Assembly (NCBI GenBank): GCA_047967505.1
Contig: CM106538.1
Direction: 5' to 3' (one strand)
DNA from: Dipteris shenzhenensis
Lineage: Eukaryota
DNA: 64,000 nt
Of this stretch, positions 27,563 to 41,719 are shown one piece after another. The notes under the pieces were generated by a model. The model was not told the origin of the DNA and made no database searches. It saw only the letters and a list, made by a program, of their open reading frames with translations. The stretch's first letter is position 1, and each line of letters opens with the position of its first letter. A program made the translations under genes and the position numbers.

Positions 27563-29161
27563 TCAAACACTGTTCTCTGCCAGTTTCCTGAACCTTGAAG
27601 CAGCTTGTACTTTTCCTGCTTTGCGAAGCCCAAAATACATGGTACGATAAGTAATACAATCCGGACGACAACCCTTGGCTTTCATTTCTTCTAACAAATT
27701 ATCTGCCTTTTCAACCTCACCAGCCTTGCAAAGACTATCCATGTAAGTATTGTAGGTAATGAGACCAGGCCTGCAACCCTTCTCTAACATTTGATTCATC
27801 ATAGCACGTGCCTCGAGCAATTTTCCTGCCTTACATAAACCATTAATCATTGAGTTGAAAGCATATGCATCTGGGTTACAACCCGCTGCCTCCATGTCAT
27901 TTAACACCTCATAGGCACTCTCAAATTCACCCTTCCTTGCAAAGCCATCTATAAGTGAGCTATATGTAACCACATCTGGCAAACGGCCACTCCCTTTCAT
28001 CTCTTTTGAAACCTTTGCAGCTTCAGCAGTCTTGCCTGCCTTGGCAAGACCATTTATCATAGAGTTGTAAGTAGAAGTATATGGTATGTCACCTTTTTCC
28101 CTCAGTTGATCCCAAAGTTTGTAAGCCTCATCAAAATCACCCGCTTTACAAAATGCGTTAATGAGTCCATTATGAGTAACAAAATTGGCATTATAACCCT
28201 TGGCAACCATTTCTTTCAGAACCTGCACAGCTTCAACAAGCTTTCCAGCTTTACAAAGACCATTTAACAAAGAACCATAAGTTATTCCATCAGGATCACA
28301 TACCTTTCTAACGTTTTGCCAGAGCCTGTAGGCTTCCATTACTTTACCCTCCTTACAAAGACCAGTGATCAATATTGTATACGTAACTGTATTTGGAAAG
28401 CAACCATTGTACGCCATCTCTTCCAGAAGGTAGTATGATTCATGAACTCGATTTGTTCTAGAAAGGTCCTGAATAAGAGTATTGTAAGTAACAACATTAG
28501 GACTGCACCCTTTCACCATCATCTCCCTGAATGTGGCTAATGCCATCTTTTCTTTTCCTGCCTTGCAAAGGCCATTGATCAAGGTGTTGTACGTGTGTAC
28601 GTTAGGAACACATCCTATTTTTTTCATCTCATCTAAAAGGTCAACTGCCCTTTTTACATTCCTCACCTCGCAAAGGCCAACCATTAGTGAATTGTACGTA
28701 AAAACATTTGGACTACAACCAATCTGCTGCATTTCCTCAAAGTACTTCATTGCAACATCCAAAGAATTTGATTTGATGAGCACATCAATAAGACAACTAA
28801 AATGTATCACATTTGGAGTGCAACCCGAGATCTTCACATTATTAAAAGTTTGAAGGGCTGCATCTGCCATGCCTGCAAAACCATAACCCTTCATCAAGAG
28901 GGTAAATGTTGCCTCTGTAATTGGACCATCGGCCTTCTTAATCTGCTCAAGTGCACGCAAAAAATCGCTAAATTTCTTCTTGTGGCCCCACAGCTTAAGG
29001 ATTCTCCTCTGAGCCTCAGCATCATGCTTGTATCTTTTTTGTTTCCCTGCCCATATAAAGAACTGCAAGGCCTTCTGCTTATCTGTTTCTAGCTTTAGAA
29101 TTTGCAGCACCTGATCAGAAGTCAGCCGACCTTTAAAGGACTGCATAAACTCGCTAGCCAT
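27563..29161 (-). CDS. P-class pentatricopeptide repeat (PPR) protein, 532 aa, ~13-14 repeats, intronless CDS
   Basis: Tandem 35-aa motifs (e.g. VHTYNTLINGLCKAGKEKMALATFREMMVKGCSPN); N-terminal ALQFFIWAGKQKRYKHD; no E/DYW domain; uninterrupted ORF. Confidence 0.95.
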   Translation of the reverse strand: MASEFMQSFKGRLTSDQVLQILKLETDKQKALQFFIWAGKQKRYKHDAEAQRRILKLWGHKKKFSDFLRALEQIKKADGPITEATFTLLMKGYGFAGMADAALQTFNNVKISGCTPNVIHFSCLIDVLIKSNSLDVAMKYFEEMQQIGCSPNVFTYNSLMVGLCEVRNVKRAVDLLDEMKKIGCVPNVHTYNTLINGLCKAGKEKMALATFREMMVKGCSPNVVTYNTLIQDLSRTNRVHESYYLLEEMAYNGCFPNTVTYTILITGLCKEGKVMEAYRLWQNVRKVCDPDGITYGSLLNGLCKAGKLVEAVQVLKEMVAKGYNANFVTHNGLINAFCKAGDFDEAYKLWDQLREKGDIPYTSTYNSMINGLAKAGKTAEAAKVSKEMKGSGRLPDVVTYSSLIDGFARKGEFESAYEVLNDMEAAGCNPDAYAFNSMINGLCKAGKLLEARAMMNQMLEKGCRPGLITYNTYMDSLCKAGEVEKADNLLEEMKAKGCRPDCITYRTMYFGLRKAGKVQAASRFRKLAENSV

Positions 29162-30945
29162 AGATCACTTGAAAGAACTGCAAAAAAACAATTTCAGAAC
29201 AATTTCAGGGAATTGTCCACAAAATAATGGCTACACGTTCGAAAGTAATGTCATGATATTGTATCCTGAATAATTGAAATGGAGACCAGATATCCCCTCA
29301 CAAAATTACATGTACCACCTTGGAGAAGGACCACTGAATAGATAAGAGAAACAAGAGCAACTAACAAGGTTACAAGCTTGACAAACCCTTTCTTGCATTT
29401 AATATGTTGATTTACTTTTATATCCAAAACTATTCGTGAAAAAATTGCAGATGACAGTCAGATGTGGAATCACTTGACCATTTGCAGTTTACGAAGCCTA
29501 CCATCATTTGATCCTAATAAGATTTTGATCCTGATAAATTGGGTCCCCCCAACAAGGCCTATTGGATCCTCTGATGTAAATCCCAATTTGGAATTAAGGT
29601 CCCACTTATGACCCCCATGAGCTATTCCATTTGAAGTATCAGAGCTGCACATGACATTGCAGAACTCTCATATCAGTGATACCATCAATACTCAGACCCT
29701 ATCATTATATACACAACACTGAAAGCGCTATATTCGAGGCTGTCTTTTAGGTCATGAAGCACTAGCTTGGTTTTACTGCAAGTATGAACCCCTCATTGTC
29801 TTAGACTAGCTAGAGAGTGACAGGACTAGATCCCTAAGCACTTTCAGATCGGTAAGGTTCAAACACAGGAGCATGAATCAATAAGGTACAAGCTTTGGTT
29901 CCAAGCCCTCCATGTCAACATCATAAAGTATTGGCCGGGAGACCCCTACTTCTCAGCCTTCTTCTCCCCTCTGAACAGATATCCATGGATAATGTGATCC
30001 ATTAGGAATGTACACACAACAAGGAGCTATCCCCGGCCTGTAAAGCATGGGCACGAAAAGCAACAAGTAAAGAAAGCCCTCCAGTCCTGGAAACAATTGG
30101 AAGGACATTGCTAGCCACTGGGTATCAACCTACACAACAATGGAGGGCTACGCTGTCAACGCGCTCAATTCAAACGGCCAACTGTAGGCCGCAGCAACAA
30201 AACCAGAAAACTTCATTTCCAGATAGGAGTTGCAGGCCGGTGCGACTAAGCTGTGTAGCAATGGCGTCTATTTACTTGTCAAAGAAGGGGCAATGCGTCA
30301 CGTGGGGAGTTAACGAAGCTTTGAGTTTGATTATCTTAGGTTTCTACAAACACTTTTGAAATCGTGGTTGTTTGCAGCGAAGGAGTCAAAGAAAGGAGCT
30401 CATACGATTCAGGTGAGCAGGGAGACAGGGTTGCTCTTCATCAACTTTCCAAGATTGTCCTTGATCACCAGCAGAAGCAGAAGGTTGCAAATGTTCAACA
30501 CGAGCAACACTTAGCACACGGATGGGGTTAGCATGGCTTTAGGATGGGAATATTTTTGTCATCATTACTCCCATCTTACACCAAGTGGTCTAGGATGGAT
30601 TTAGAATGGGAGTAGCCACTTTTTCTCCCATCGTGGACCATGGGCTCTAGACCAAGGCAGCTAGATGGGTTTCCCTTTTTTAGGGATTCAAAAATATGGA
30701 AGGATGACATGTGTCCTTGTCCCCACAAGGTCCCCACCTCTTAAACGCATGAAATGATGCCATGTGTCCTCTTCCTCCTAAACCCATCCCTAGTTCTTTT
30801 TTTGTTGGAATAGGATATAAATATGCATGGGACCACTTGTGACCACCTTTTCCCATTCCCATCATATTTCTTCCCATCTGCTAAGCCCCTAAGGACCTGT
30901 TTCCACGCACACTCGGTGCGTGCACCCAAGTGCTCTCGTCATCGA

Positions 30946-31210
30946 TTCCTCACACGTGCCACGCTAGTGGCCAAATGAATCCTCGGAAGCTTACGATGCC
31001 CGCACCTCCCTCACATGTGCGGACGTCCCCACTACACCTTCGCGCGCGGGAAAGGGCCCTAAGCAGGTATCATAATCATGCAATCGTCAACGACTTCTCA
31101 CACATGCCACGCCAGTGGCCAAATGAATCCCCAGAGGTGCCCGCACCTTCCTCACATGTGCGGACAGCCCCACCGCACCTCCACGCGCGGGAAAGGACCC
31201 TAAGCAGGTA
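30946..31210. repeat. Two ~120-bp direct repeats upstream of the PPR gene
   Basis: ctcacac(g/a)tgccacgc(t/c)agtggccaaatgaatcc...gcgcgggaaagg(g/a)ccctaagcaggta occurs twice. Confidence 0.85.
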
Positions 31211-32879
31211 CTTCATAACCTCACCTTCCAAATGAGATGCTAACTTAGGTAGGAGTGCTTTTTTTTTTGGGTTCAATGTTTTGTTTATTCCACTTACCCC
31301 CCATGGTCGAGGGACTCAGTCCACGAGCCACTCAAGTAGGCAAACACCCTACCGCTTGAGCTGTTGTTGCTCCTCAAAGTTATTGTACCAATTGTGAATA
31401 TTGTGGTGGTCAATGTTGTTGACTTTAATCGTGTTGTACCAATTGTGAATTATACGTGGTGGTCATTTGCTGGTATCAATGTTGTTGTACCAATTGTGAA
31501 TTATATGTGGTGGTCATTTGTTGGCATTAATGCGCAAATAACAAGCGTAATTTTTACCCAAATACCATGGTAGCTTGGCTATTATTGTCGAGAATAGTAA
31601 TTGTATTAATGGTAGTGTGACAGTTATCAACATTAATGTTTGCTACAATTTATGGTTTCTCGTTCCCCTACCTCTACATCATAGAAAGGGAACCAAGGAG
31701 GGTTCTTCATTCCATAGGATTGTGAGGGGGGGAGAGAGACAGAGAGAGAGATAGAGAGACAGAGAGACAGAGACAGTAGTTGTGGGTTGGGGCATAAAGG
31801 TGAACCATGATTTCAATCATGCGAGATATGAGGGGGGAATAAGCATTCATTGTACTCTTGGGGGTGGTCTACCACTCCATTTCCTTGCATTTTGGGGAAC
31901 CTCTCGACCACAAGCATGAGTGCCAATGAATGTGAGTGTTCATCATACTCGTGGGGTGGTCTGTAAATCAAATTCCTTGCATTTTAGGGAACTTGCGGAT
32001 CATGAACATGAGTACCAATGAATGTAATCGTGAGTCCAAAGCCTTGAGTTTAGAGTGATCCTCTCAAGTTTGATTGTGAGAATTAGGTTATACTCTTTAT
32101 TTGAGTGTAGTTAATAGACAAAGATGCCTTGCATATGCTAAAATGCCTTGAGTGATTGTTATGTACGCGTGGTGTACATGTGGATATCTTTATGTTTGGG
32201 ACGTGGTTTGCAGTTGTGTGTGTGTCTCTTAGTGTTAATGTTTGTGTTTGTGTTCATGTTCCAATGTGTGTTCATTTATTTATGTGTTTGTCTCCTTCTC
32301 TATGTCTCTGGTTTTTTTGGGTTTGTGTGTGCACGTGTGCTTGCACCTGCTAGTTGCTATTACCAGCAATCAACAGGAGTCAATAGCGGTAGCATTGCAG
32401 CCTCCTTTTTCTCTACGTTGGGCTAACATTTTAAAAGATAGCTACTTAGGGGTCAATACTTTCTCTATGTTTGTATGTTTGTGTGCGAAGAATGGAGATA
32501 AGGAATAATGGGATGTTGGAATGCCAATAATGCAAGCAGAAATATTCAACAAGCTACAACTAGAAATGTATAGTCGAAAATGCATCCAATAAACAAATGT
32601 TCAAGCACAAACATTTGAACAAGTTTTCATAAGGAGGCTAGTTGTAGATGCATTGAGTCATGTGTAATCCACAATTGACCTTGTCGGCAATGCGCCTAAT
32701 CAACTTGTAACTAAATCCATTGCTATGAATGGATCTGGAGTTTTTTTTTTTGTAGAACATGCCGAATTTATTATGAGGGGTGGTCAGCCCAAAAAGACGA
32801 GAGTACAAAAATGTGGCCAATTACAACGAGGCTTACTGCCCATGCCCTACACTTAAAGGCATAGGCAAACTAACAACCA

Positions 32880-34800
32880 AAAGAGACTATAAACGACCAC
32901 CATTTAGGCAACATTTCTTATATCCACATCAGGTAACCCTAGACCTCCATTGACCTTTGAGATTCTCATTGCTTCCCATGGCACATCGTGCCATTTCCTT
33001 TTACTTGCCTCCTTAGCCCACACAAAGTCCCACAGGATGCGCTTTACCTCTACCTCTGCCCAATGAGATTTTTTAAACCTCCAAATTGAAGCAAGATATG
33101 TAGTTGCACCTGCTAGGGCATGCTTCACTATTAGAATTTTGGCATTCCAACCCACATGAGCCCCATGTCACATCCAAACTTTTTCCAGTTGTTTATCTCG
33201 GAATAAATCAAACCACTGACGAAAGGTAAGCTCCATCCCAGATACTAGATCACTACCCCAAGCTCCACCCAATTAATTGACAAAGCATTAAACCAGTCAA
33301 GATGAATTCCATGATTAGTCCTTAAGCCAACAGTTTTGGGCCAACTATACATAGAGCCCAATGCCATGCAAAACTATTGAATCACTTCACAAAGCCCACT
33401 AACACTTTCATGGGTCTCAGCCGACAAAGCCACCATATCATCTGCAAATAGTTGGGGATACGTTTGACTCCCTTATGGTAGCATCACCCCCCGAATCCAC
33501 CCTATCTGCATACTCTATTCGATCAATTGAATGAACGGCACTGTACAAATTGCAAACAATAACGGAGCTTTTGGGCAACCATGTCGGATGGACCGTTTAA
33601 GCTCGTACCTCCCTATAGCCCCACCATTGAGGTGCAACAATACAGAGACATTCCCAAATAGGGTGCTTATGATCTTGCAAAAGCCCACCCCAAATCCCAA
33701 CCTATCAAGCACCATAATAATGTAGCCTCAACTCACCGGATCATATGCCTGATCAAAATCAAAGCCAAGCAGTACAATCCTCTAAACAGAAGCAGCAACA
33801 AAATCCAATGTATAGGCTTGATTGAGGAGTATCGACAAGAAAGGAGGAGATGAAAGTGGAAAAGGGCCTCTCTTCTACCTATCTCTTGTAGTTCATATTC
33901 TATTGCAGTTTGCAACATAGATTGGCACACACCCCTTGCATTTTCAAGAAGGCTACTTTCTACTTCACATCAAGGCATGGATGTATTCGGACAACCATGC
34001 ATGCTCCTCCATCAATTTTATTAATGGATTTTGAAACCATGGATTGTGGGTAATACAATATACATGACTATTGGATTTAGGATATTCTAATAAACGTCTT
34101 TGCCCTTTATGAAGCCATTTTTCTCCTTATCAACAACTGACATACATATATACCTTTTTTGAATAGCAATTTCCTTGCCTTCGCTACTATCCTTATAGGA
34201 TGTGTTTAGCATTGAAATTGGCTGGCAATTGTAAACCTTCATCTAGTTTTGCCTCTTAAGGAATAGTTTAACCAAGTCCACATTGACATCAAGGGACAAA
34301 TACCCTCTTTGCATTGCAACATTTACCATCTCAGTATAATCACTCTTGATTAGCTGCCAAAAGGCCACATAGAACTTTGCTATCAAACCATTTGGGCTAG
34401 GGGCCTTATCAAAATCAAGGAAATCCAATGCATCCCACATTTATTGCTCAAAGAAAACATTTTCTAGACCTACCCTTTGGGTAGGAGAGACCCTCTAGGG
34501 CCACAATAGTAGACAATTTCTGCATGAACACTTCTGGAATCTGCCAAAATTCAGAGACCAACTTTCCATCCTTGTCTTCTACTTTATCCACGTCCTCTAA
34601 TTGAAGCTTCCCTTTAATCGCTTGAAAAGGAATTTAGAGGGGAAATCCCCAAGAGAAGATCTGGCTCTGAAGCCAGGCCTTCTCAACCCTATCATACTGC
34701 TCCACCTACAGGGCTTTCTCCATGTCGATTATAAGGTAGACATCACCAAGTCCATAGGGCATTTCTCCACATCAATCTATAAGCTAAGCCTACATTCAAG
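32880..34800 (-). mobile_element. Highly decayed L1-clade LINE ORF2 remnant
   Basis: KAPSPNGLIAKFYVAFWQLIK; RSIRHGCPKAPLLF; QLFADDM; SKVNGGLGL. Confidence 0.75.
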
Positions 34801-34959
34801 TTGCCATTAAATGCAGTCCCTTAAATGTTCAACTAAGCTTTGATTAGATAATTTGTGCAAGCCTCTCAAAGAGGCATTCCATGTAAGTCGCATGGCATTT
34901 GTAATTAGCTTTGGACACAACATATGGAAAAGAGAAAGATATATCAATTATAGCATTTT

Positions 34960-36200
34960 CTAGCGGCTATGCAACATTGGATGCATGATTATCTCAGATG
35001 GATGGACAAGCATAGCATTTTCTAGTGGCTACAAAACATTGGATGCATGATCATCTCAGATGGATGGACAAGCATAATCTTCTTCTTGAATGTTATGGTA
35101 CCTCGGGGGCAAACTTTTCATGCATCACGCACATGAAAAGTCAACAACTCATTTAGGGAGTATACCTAGTACAAAGATAGAATACTACAAAGGGAGTCTG
35201 AGATTGTACACACATTTATGTGCAATACATACGCTTTCAATCTCAACGCTGAAAGATTGGCATAAATGTGTGGCATGGTTCATACATTTGAGACAATGTC
35301 TAAAGGTAGTTATCATGCCAACAAATGGGTCAACCATGTTGCAATTGCTAGCAATCACAAAATTTCCCATTTATTATTACATTTTGTTGTCATCAATAAA
35401 AAACAAAAGTTAATTATTATGATGTCATTATAATCCTTTCCAAAGATGGATGATAGAGTTGACTAATAGGGCAACAAAGGACGAAACACATGATGTGAAA
35501 GATGAACTAGGATTGTCCACACTATGGAAGACCCATATTATGGAAAAAAGTTTAGGATATTATATTATGAGACCCATATGGTATATGCACTCAAGGCTCT
35601 AGCTTCAAGAGGTCCAACGATAAGAAAATCTCTCTTCCCATCCATCTAGGGTAAAAGAGTCAAAGAAGTCCGTTCACAATGCTACAAAATGCAAGGAATT
35701 TTGGAAGTTGTTTAACGCCACTATTGGAGCAAGCTCACAACCCCTTATATAGTGTTGGATAGCTCCTTCTTGAATGATGGAACATGAAGCTTGAACAGAT
35801 ACCCATTCATGTAGGGGTATATCCCATCTAGTGATGAGTTTGCAAGTTCTTGCAATGACTTAGCCAAGTATCGATGTAAGGAGGGGTTTATCATGCATTG
35901 AGCAATATTTAAGATTTGATTGTAACCACATCCACTTGAAAATGGTAGATGATGAATGATGCTAGTTGTGGACTTTTGCCTCCCATTGCCATGATAGTTC
36001 TTGCTTAGCCAAAAGGCTCAGCCATGCTCTAACACAGGATCCGAAAGAAATTTGAATCAATACATGAATGTCCAAAGTACTTTAACAAATAAACTGATGG
36101 ACAATTGAGTTGAGAAGCTTGTGGATTATTATTTTAATCACAAAATGATAGAAATGTTAGGGGATGTGGGATATGAGGCATGAGTTCTCAAGTTAACCTA
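34960..36200 (+). mobile_element. hAT transposase relic
   Basis: SDGWT codons at ~34994 (locally duplicated) and a dimerisation-domain-like ERNLNQY...NKL...VEKLVDY at ~36043-36130. Confidence 0.5.
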
Positions 36201-37434
36201 TGATGTCCTATCTAATTCCACACAATGTGAATGAATCACTCCATTGCAAGTTCCAGATGCCCAAGAGAAGGAGGATGAGACATCCTATGAGGACAATGGT
36301 GAGGATGAAGATAATGTCGAGGACAAAGATGGAGATGGCATCTACCTTCCAAATGCCCGATTAGAGGAGGAGGAGAAGGATGACAATGGTGAGAATGAAG
36401 AAAATGCTAGGCATAAAGATGAAGATGACATTCACCTTCCAAACCTAAAGGAATGTATGACGGTGACAAGGGCAAAGATGGTACAATCTGGAGGATGATT
36501 CCTCTCAACATCATCTTATATATTGTGAATAAGCACTAACACAAAAAAGTGATACAAAAGAAAAAAGGTTGGAAATCCTAAGCCTAGCCCTAACCCTAAA
36601 CCTAAAGGGTTTTTATATATGTTCTCTAACTAATCCCTCTTCATTCTGATTTAGAGAGATTTGGAGCTAAAGGGCTAGTATTCCTTGTGTGAGAGTTAGT
36701 GGTGTTAGTGTTTTTGAGAGAGAGAGAGATTTCTTAGGTATTTGGGCTAATTCTTGCACTCTGTGTGTGTGTTTATAAAACTTATGCAAACTAATTCTCT
36801 ACATTGTTGAACTTTAATTCAACTTATTGATTCAATAAAAATTAGATTCTAAGCATTATTTTCTATAACAATACAATGCTTCAAATTGCCATGCAGTATT
36901 TCAATCGAATGGTAAATTTCTTTTTCTAGTACTATCTTTACATAAATTTCCACAAGTCTAAAATAGCTTTTCTGATATAAATACCCCAGTATAATCGTCG
37001 AACTTTGTGAGATTCTTCATATTTAATTGAAGGAGAGATACTAACTTGCCACCATCCAACACAACATTTTGTTAGTACAATAGATGCTATGCTGGGAAGG
37101 AAGATTTAGAACACATGTCTCCCCAGTTGTTATCCATGTGGCAATTTAGTACAATAGAATTCACATTATAAGATGTTATGTCAAATGTACATCTATTCGG
37201 TTTTTATCTTGTCATGTGTCTTGACATTGCAATATACAATATAAACAATCCAGTGAGTCATCGAATGTACCTTGTGCAGAGCCATTTTTTGTTTAGGTTG
37301 AAGTTGAAATTGTTGTTGGGTTTGACCACATCACTGGATACCATGTATTTTTTGATATGAGAATACATATTTTGTTTTGTACGTGTTTGTAATTATAGTG
37401 CAATAAATGCTCATGTTTAGTCATGGTTACAAGA

Positions 37435-37483
37435 ATATATATATATATACACACACACATACATACATGCATACATACATACA

Positions 37484-37565
<82 letters not shown>

Positions 37566-37637
37566 GTATGTATGTATGTGTGTATGTATACACACACACA
37601 CACATCGTGTGTGTGTGTGTAACTCTCTATATATATA
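37435..37637. repeat. Compound microsatellite (AT)n/(ATAC)n/(AC)n/(GT)n
   Basis: Directly visible. Confidence 0.97.
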
Positions 37638-40600
37638 GGATCAAGGTCAAGACAATAACAAACCTACTAATTAAAACAAAGACACTTTAAGGATATCAAG
37701 ACGTAAATTTACAAAAGATTTAATCACTAAAGGAGATAAGAAATTAATGTAAATTATAAAATTGACAAATTACAGTAGTTAAAAAGCTTGCATGACAATT
37801 GAAATTAAAAATCAAGCTAGTAAAAGTAAAGACAACAATCAAATTCCTTATATATATATATATATATATTTATTTATTTATTTAGATTTATATTTATATT
37901 TGTATTTAAATAATATACCTAAGAGACAAGCTTAAAATGTATATATATAACTAAGAAGCTTTCTATCTTAACAAAAAATCAAAAGGCTATACCATTAACT
38001 TTATACATCACCAAGTTGATAAAAAACTTAGAGAACCCAACCAACATCACCAAGTTGACAAAAAACTTAGAAAGGAAGACCAGAAAAAGAGAAAGAAAGA
38101 AAGAAAAAAAAAAGGCAACAATAATAGAGATACTTGAAGACCAGTAGAGTAGTGAATCAAGGATAAGGACCTTCGAGGAAGGGCCAAGATATCAGAGCAC
38201 AATGTGACCACCCCGACCAAAATGTCGACAAAAGCAAATGATGCTCAGAAGGGAACAATGAAGATAGGAAAGCTATACCAGATTCACCCACCATGCTGCT
38301 CTATATCCCCATAGACAATTCATGCTTTGAGAAAGATGACCTTCATGATAGCTAGATGAAAGATACCCGGTAATGAGGAAGAAATGCAAGGAGAACACCA
38401 AGGCAAGGTAGCAATTTCAACACCAACAATGGAAGGCAAGGAAAGCTTTTGAGAAGAATGCGTGAGGATGTAGGGAACAAAAGGATTGCCCACAAACCTG
38501 CACTATGAGCACTCTCACGTACTCAGATCCTACTCTCCATGGTTAGTGAGCTTGAAAAAAGCTAGACCAGAACTCTCAGCGGCAATGAAGGACTCTCAGA
38601 GAGATATAAAGAGTACCCAGAGCAAAAGAATTGTGAATGAAATGACAAACTAAGCAGCACTCATGGGAGTAACTTACCTAACAAATCTCTAGAAATCGAG
38701 CAACTGACAACGCACCACCCAATCTGCAGAATTAGCTTTTGGGCCAAGGAAGAGGAAGATCCAACCGAATACAAGGTCACTATAGCAAAGGAGCTCAAAG
38801 TCAAACAGGAACATTGGCATGCAAAAGACCTTTGATCACACAAGCTAGATAGATCATCTTTTAGAAAAGATAATTCAAAAGAAGCATGCACACTGCTCTA
38901 TACTAGTATAGAAACTTTGGGCTCAATGAAGGAACACCAACATGAAAAATAGTCGCTCGCCTAACCGCACAACGAAAGAGCTACGACTAGAATCGATGAG
39001 GAAAAAGGCATCACTAGTGCACCTTCAAGAGATGGCAAGGCCAGCTTCTTTGAGTTTTACGTGAGGATGGCAATGAACACAACAAACTCTCTGAGCAAAA
39101 GTAATACAAGCCACGAGAGATCACCAGACAGATGATCAGAGGAAAACTAAGACAAGAGAAGATCAAAGATCAAGGTCTGCTCCTTCCACCGCATGTCCAG
39201 AGAATCAAGAGCGACACACAAAGTCCATCTAGCATTCTAGAGTGGGGTCGACCTGATTAATGAGGAGAATGAGGCTCCTTCCATAAATCCCATAAGCAAA
39301 AGTTGGCATGCAAGAAGAACTCCATGCAAAACTGGTAGGCATGGTAGACTCTGAGAAGACAATCATTACTAGGCCAGGTACTCGATGAGAGGTTTGAAGC
39401 GTGAGCAACCCCCATCCATGAAGAAAATGCACAAGAAAAGAAGACCAGATAACATGTGGCCAATTAATAATCACCTACCACCCTTACACTACCCCTAAGT
39501 ATAGACATAAAGCCCACACACCAATCCGCCAAAATTGAAATTTAATTTAAAGTAGACATTTGAAGTTAGCTTGTCATTTATCTCAATGCCTCATTCGACC
39601 ATATAATTAGTCTTCTTTTTTAATTCGATACCACCCTTTTGAGTTGGACCTTACTACTCTCCAAACAACCAAAAAGCATGAAGCATCAAGCAACTACCAC
39701 CATCTATTGAAATTGAGTTTGAATTCTCTAACTTAGTAGCATGATGCCACTTTAATCACATCATTATCATTAGTGAAAAATCTATACAAGGTGTTTGAGC
39801 TTTACAAAACCCTTCTAATAATCTTAATGATCTATTTCATAACCATCATATAATCAGAAATAGCAAAGGAAAATGAACTCCAACGTACAACTCCTAGAAC
39901 TCGACCATTATCATACTACTTTTTTTCAAAACTTGTATAACCTAAAAGCACTAATCCTCAACAACTCATACAAAGAGCAAAAAATGAGCCAATCACATAA
40001 AATAAAATAAACCAACAAAATGCTTAAGAACATGACCATAAAAAGTAAACCAAAATTGTTACATCTAAAACTAATCTAAGACGATACCACTAACTTCTTT
40101 TAAACTAAAAACCAATCCTATGCTTAAAGCGTTAGGAAGCAAAGGAAATCCTCTGGAGAATAAAAAATTGAAAGTACTTCATCATCCTTGTAATATTTGC
40201 TCCCTAATTATAATCCAATTTAAAAGGAAATCAAACTACCTGACACAGGAGTATAGAATGGCAAAGTGATATGTAAATGACATATGTTTTGTAGTTTAAG
40301 CTTCATCAAAATCGAAGTTAACATAATTTCTCCATTTAAATAGTTTGTGGAATACGAAAATCATTCACAACTGATGTCATGTGAGAAGTATCCATTGTTC
40401 ACGTAGTAAGCATGAAAGTTCATTGAAATTGCAAAAACATATAGGGTGGAGTATGGTCCTTCACATCCCATAATACACACTAGATCGTGGAGGCAAAGGG
40501 GGACCTATTAACATAAGAGTATGTGGGCTATGGGAAAGGAGCAAGGATGGGATGGGTGTTTGGGAGGCAATAGTAAGGGAGAGAAAGCCTCCCTCCTACA

Positions 40601-41318
40601 ATAGCAATGCTACACATATGTCCAAGTGAAGCTTTAGCACCATTAGAGTAGGGCATATTCCCTCAAGATCCCCCCCAATATTAGGATGTGAAATGTGCAA
40701 TAGCATGCTTTCTAGCATAGGTAACGTTCTTTGCATAGCATTAATTTCCCATAGATAGGTAGGTAGATGAAGGGCTTAACTCCACACAAACTCTTTGCAT
40801 AGCATGTATGTGCTCATTATAGCTTCAGCACTGACAATGACGACGATGATGATGACAATTGTAAGCGACAAAGAGAATGAAAATGATAGTGTGATAAGAA
40901 TAGTGACTAATTGAAACTAGCGCGACATGGGCTCTTCTATACATATGAGGTCGAATGAATTGTATACTTTTTGTATTCACTTGCTAGCAGTTTGAATGTG
41001 ATCATTGAGGCTTTTTTAGTACTTGGTTGGAGTTGCAGGTGAGTAGCTTTGTCTGTATTGATCCTTCATAATAAGGTTTAGTTAAACTCATGTGCACCAT
41101 AGACGCTTTAATTTGTTGGTATCCAATTTTTTATATGTTACTCCTCCAAAAGCATGTTGAAAATCAATTTGTACACACTACTTTAAAAACCACCAACTAT
41201 TCATCACAAAACATATTGACATACTAATAATCAACTATATTTCAATTTACATCAAATACAAAAACAAAATGGGATGAAGAACAAAACATGCTCATGGATG
41301 ACACATGCTAACAAGCAC

Positions 41319-41350
41319 CATTAGGGAAAAAGGGAGCTCATTTTGGGGCC
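41319..41350 (+). repeat. Left TIR CATTAGGGAAAAAGGGAGCTCATTTTGGGGCC
   Basis: Reverse complement of 59587-59618 with 2 mismatches. Confidence 0.9.
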
Positions 41351-41719
41351 CTGTAAGAAATTCACTATTTTTTGATTTATTTCTCTCCTAAAAGATCTCA
41401 AAAACTGTAAAATACGAAAACGTGGCTCAGAATTGTCAGAAAGGACTACAGAACTGTCAATTCATAAAGGAATAAGATAATATTTTGTTTGACTAACACG
41501 ATTTTGCATTAAATATCTCCTTAGATTTTTTTTTGTTTACCAAAGATTCCGCATCTCTTTTGCCGACGTGTGCAGGCCTTTCATAAAGAATCCATCACTG
41601 AACTTGGTGATTGCAAGTTTTCAAAATATTTACATGGATACCGCCACACTTCCATGATTCATGTTACAAAACGACTATGAGATTGACGAGCAAACTTCGC
41701 AACCTCAGAAGCACAAAAA

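Noticed and set aside
37293-37638. YI/HT-repeat ORFs
   Set aside because: Microsatellite translation
38100-39480. Possible decayed tyrosine-recombinase/DIRS remnant on the minus strand
   Set aside because: Only a weak DIxxHGG-like hint; too degraded to support
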